A stretch of DNA of 25,973 bases from Minisyncoccota bacterium (lineage in GTDB: Bacteria; Patescibacteriota; Minisyncoccia; Phycocordibacterales; UBA1006): NCBI GenBank assembly GCA_021129535.1, contig JAJOLB010000040.1, positions 1 through 25,973 of the forward strand. Direction: 5' to 3'. The notes beneath the pieces were generated by a model. The model had not been told where the DNA came from and did not search any database. It saw only the letters and a program-made list of their open reading frames with translations. Positions within the stretch are counted from its first letter, which is position 1; each line of letters begins with the position of its first letter. Shown here one piece after another: positions 25,644 to 25,973 of this stretch. A program made the position numbers and the translations under genes.

Positions 25644-25973
25644 ATGAAAAAGAAATTCAAACTTCATTCAGAATACGAACCAGCTGGTGACCAACCACAG
25701 GCTATTTCATCATTGATTGATGGTTTAAACAAGGGTCTAAAAAAACAAACGCTGCTCGGTGTTACTGGTTCAGGGAAAACATTTACCATGGCAAATATTA
25801 TTGAAAACCAACAAAAACCAACATTGGTTATTGCACACAATAAAACACTTGCCGCACAACTTGCCCAGGAATTCAAAGCATTTTTCCCAGATAATATCGT
25901 ACATTATTTTGTATCGTATTATGATTATTATCAGCCAGAGGCCTATGTAGTGGCGAGTGACACCTATATTGAA
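25644..25973 (+). CDS. uvrB: Excinuclease ABC subunit B, runs off the window end
   Basis: [21 protein letters not shown]...[12 protein letters not shown]...[10 protein letters not shown]...[13 protein letters not shown]. Confidence 0.96.
   Translation, partial: MKKKFKLHSEYEPAGDQPQAISSLIDGLNKGLKKQTLLGVTGSGKTFTMANIIENQQKPTLVIAHNKTLAAQLAQEFKAFFPDNIVHYFVSYYDYYQPEAYVVASDTYIE

Noticed and set aside
4244-25950. Remaining 60-120 aa ORF-track entries nested in nrdB, nrdA, the helicase, rsgA, trhO, rpe and uvrB
   Set aside because: They overlap well-supported genes in other frames or strands and have no recognisable motifs.
1-25973. DGR template repeat, reverse transcriptase or Avd within the window
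   Set aside because: No second copy of the 1062-1200 sequence was seen on either strand by eye, and no ORF has RT motifs.

Overview
AT-rich chromosomal window. Gene content and protein styles (divergent Rpe, Glu-type RpiB, short cluster-less MutY, UvrD-nuclease fusion, LemA, UppP) point to a Patescibacteria/CPR (Parcubacteria-like) bacterium; this is inferred, not proven. Housekeeping genes: HI0933-family flavoprotein, Mn-type SOD, MmcQ/YjbR, a class Id-like ribonucleotide reductase (NrdB with ATP cone, cone-less NrdA), MutY, UvrD/PD-(D/E)XK helicase-nuclease, UppP, GAPDH, RsgA, rhodanese, NADAR, LemA, TrhO, Rpe, RpiB, YigZ, L27 and the start of UvrB. Three points stand out. (1) The orphan gene at 597-1211 ends in a stretch with the compositional signature of a diversity-generating-retroelement (DGR) variable region, but no template repeat or reverse transcriptase is in the window. 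(2) A TGTCAT...RATCY palindromic repeat family occurs between genes and has also inserted in frame into mutY and rsgA. (3) Several enzymes occur in Mn-using or Fe-S-cluster-free versions. Most core genes have a -10 box 6-10 nt before ATG (leaderless-like), and no credible gene ends in TGA. No rRNA, tRNA, CRISPR array or transposase was recognised. All calls come from manual reading; no database searches were run.
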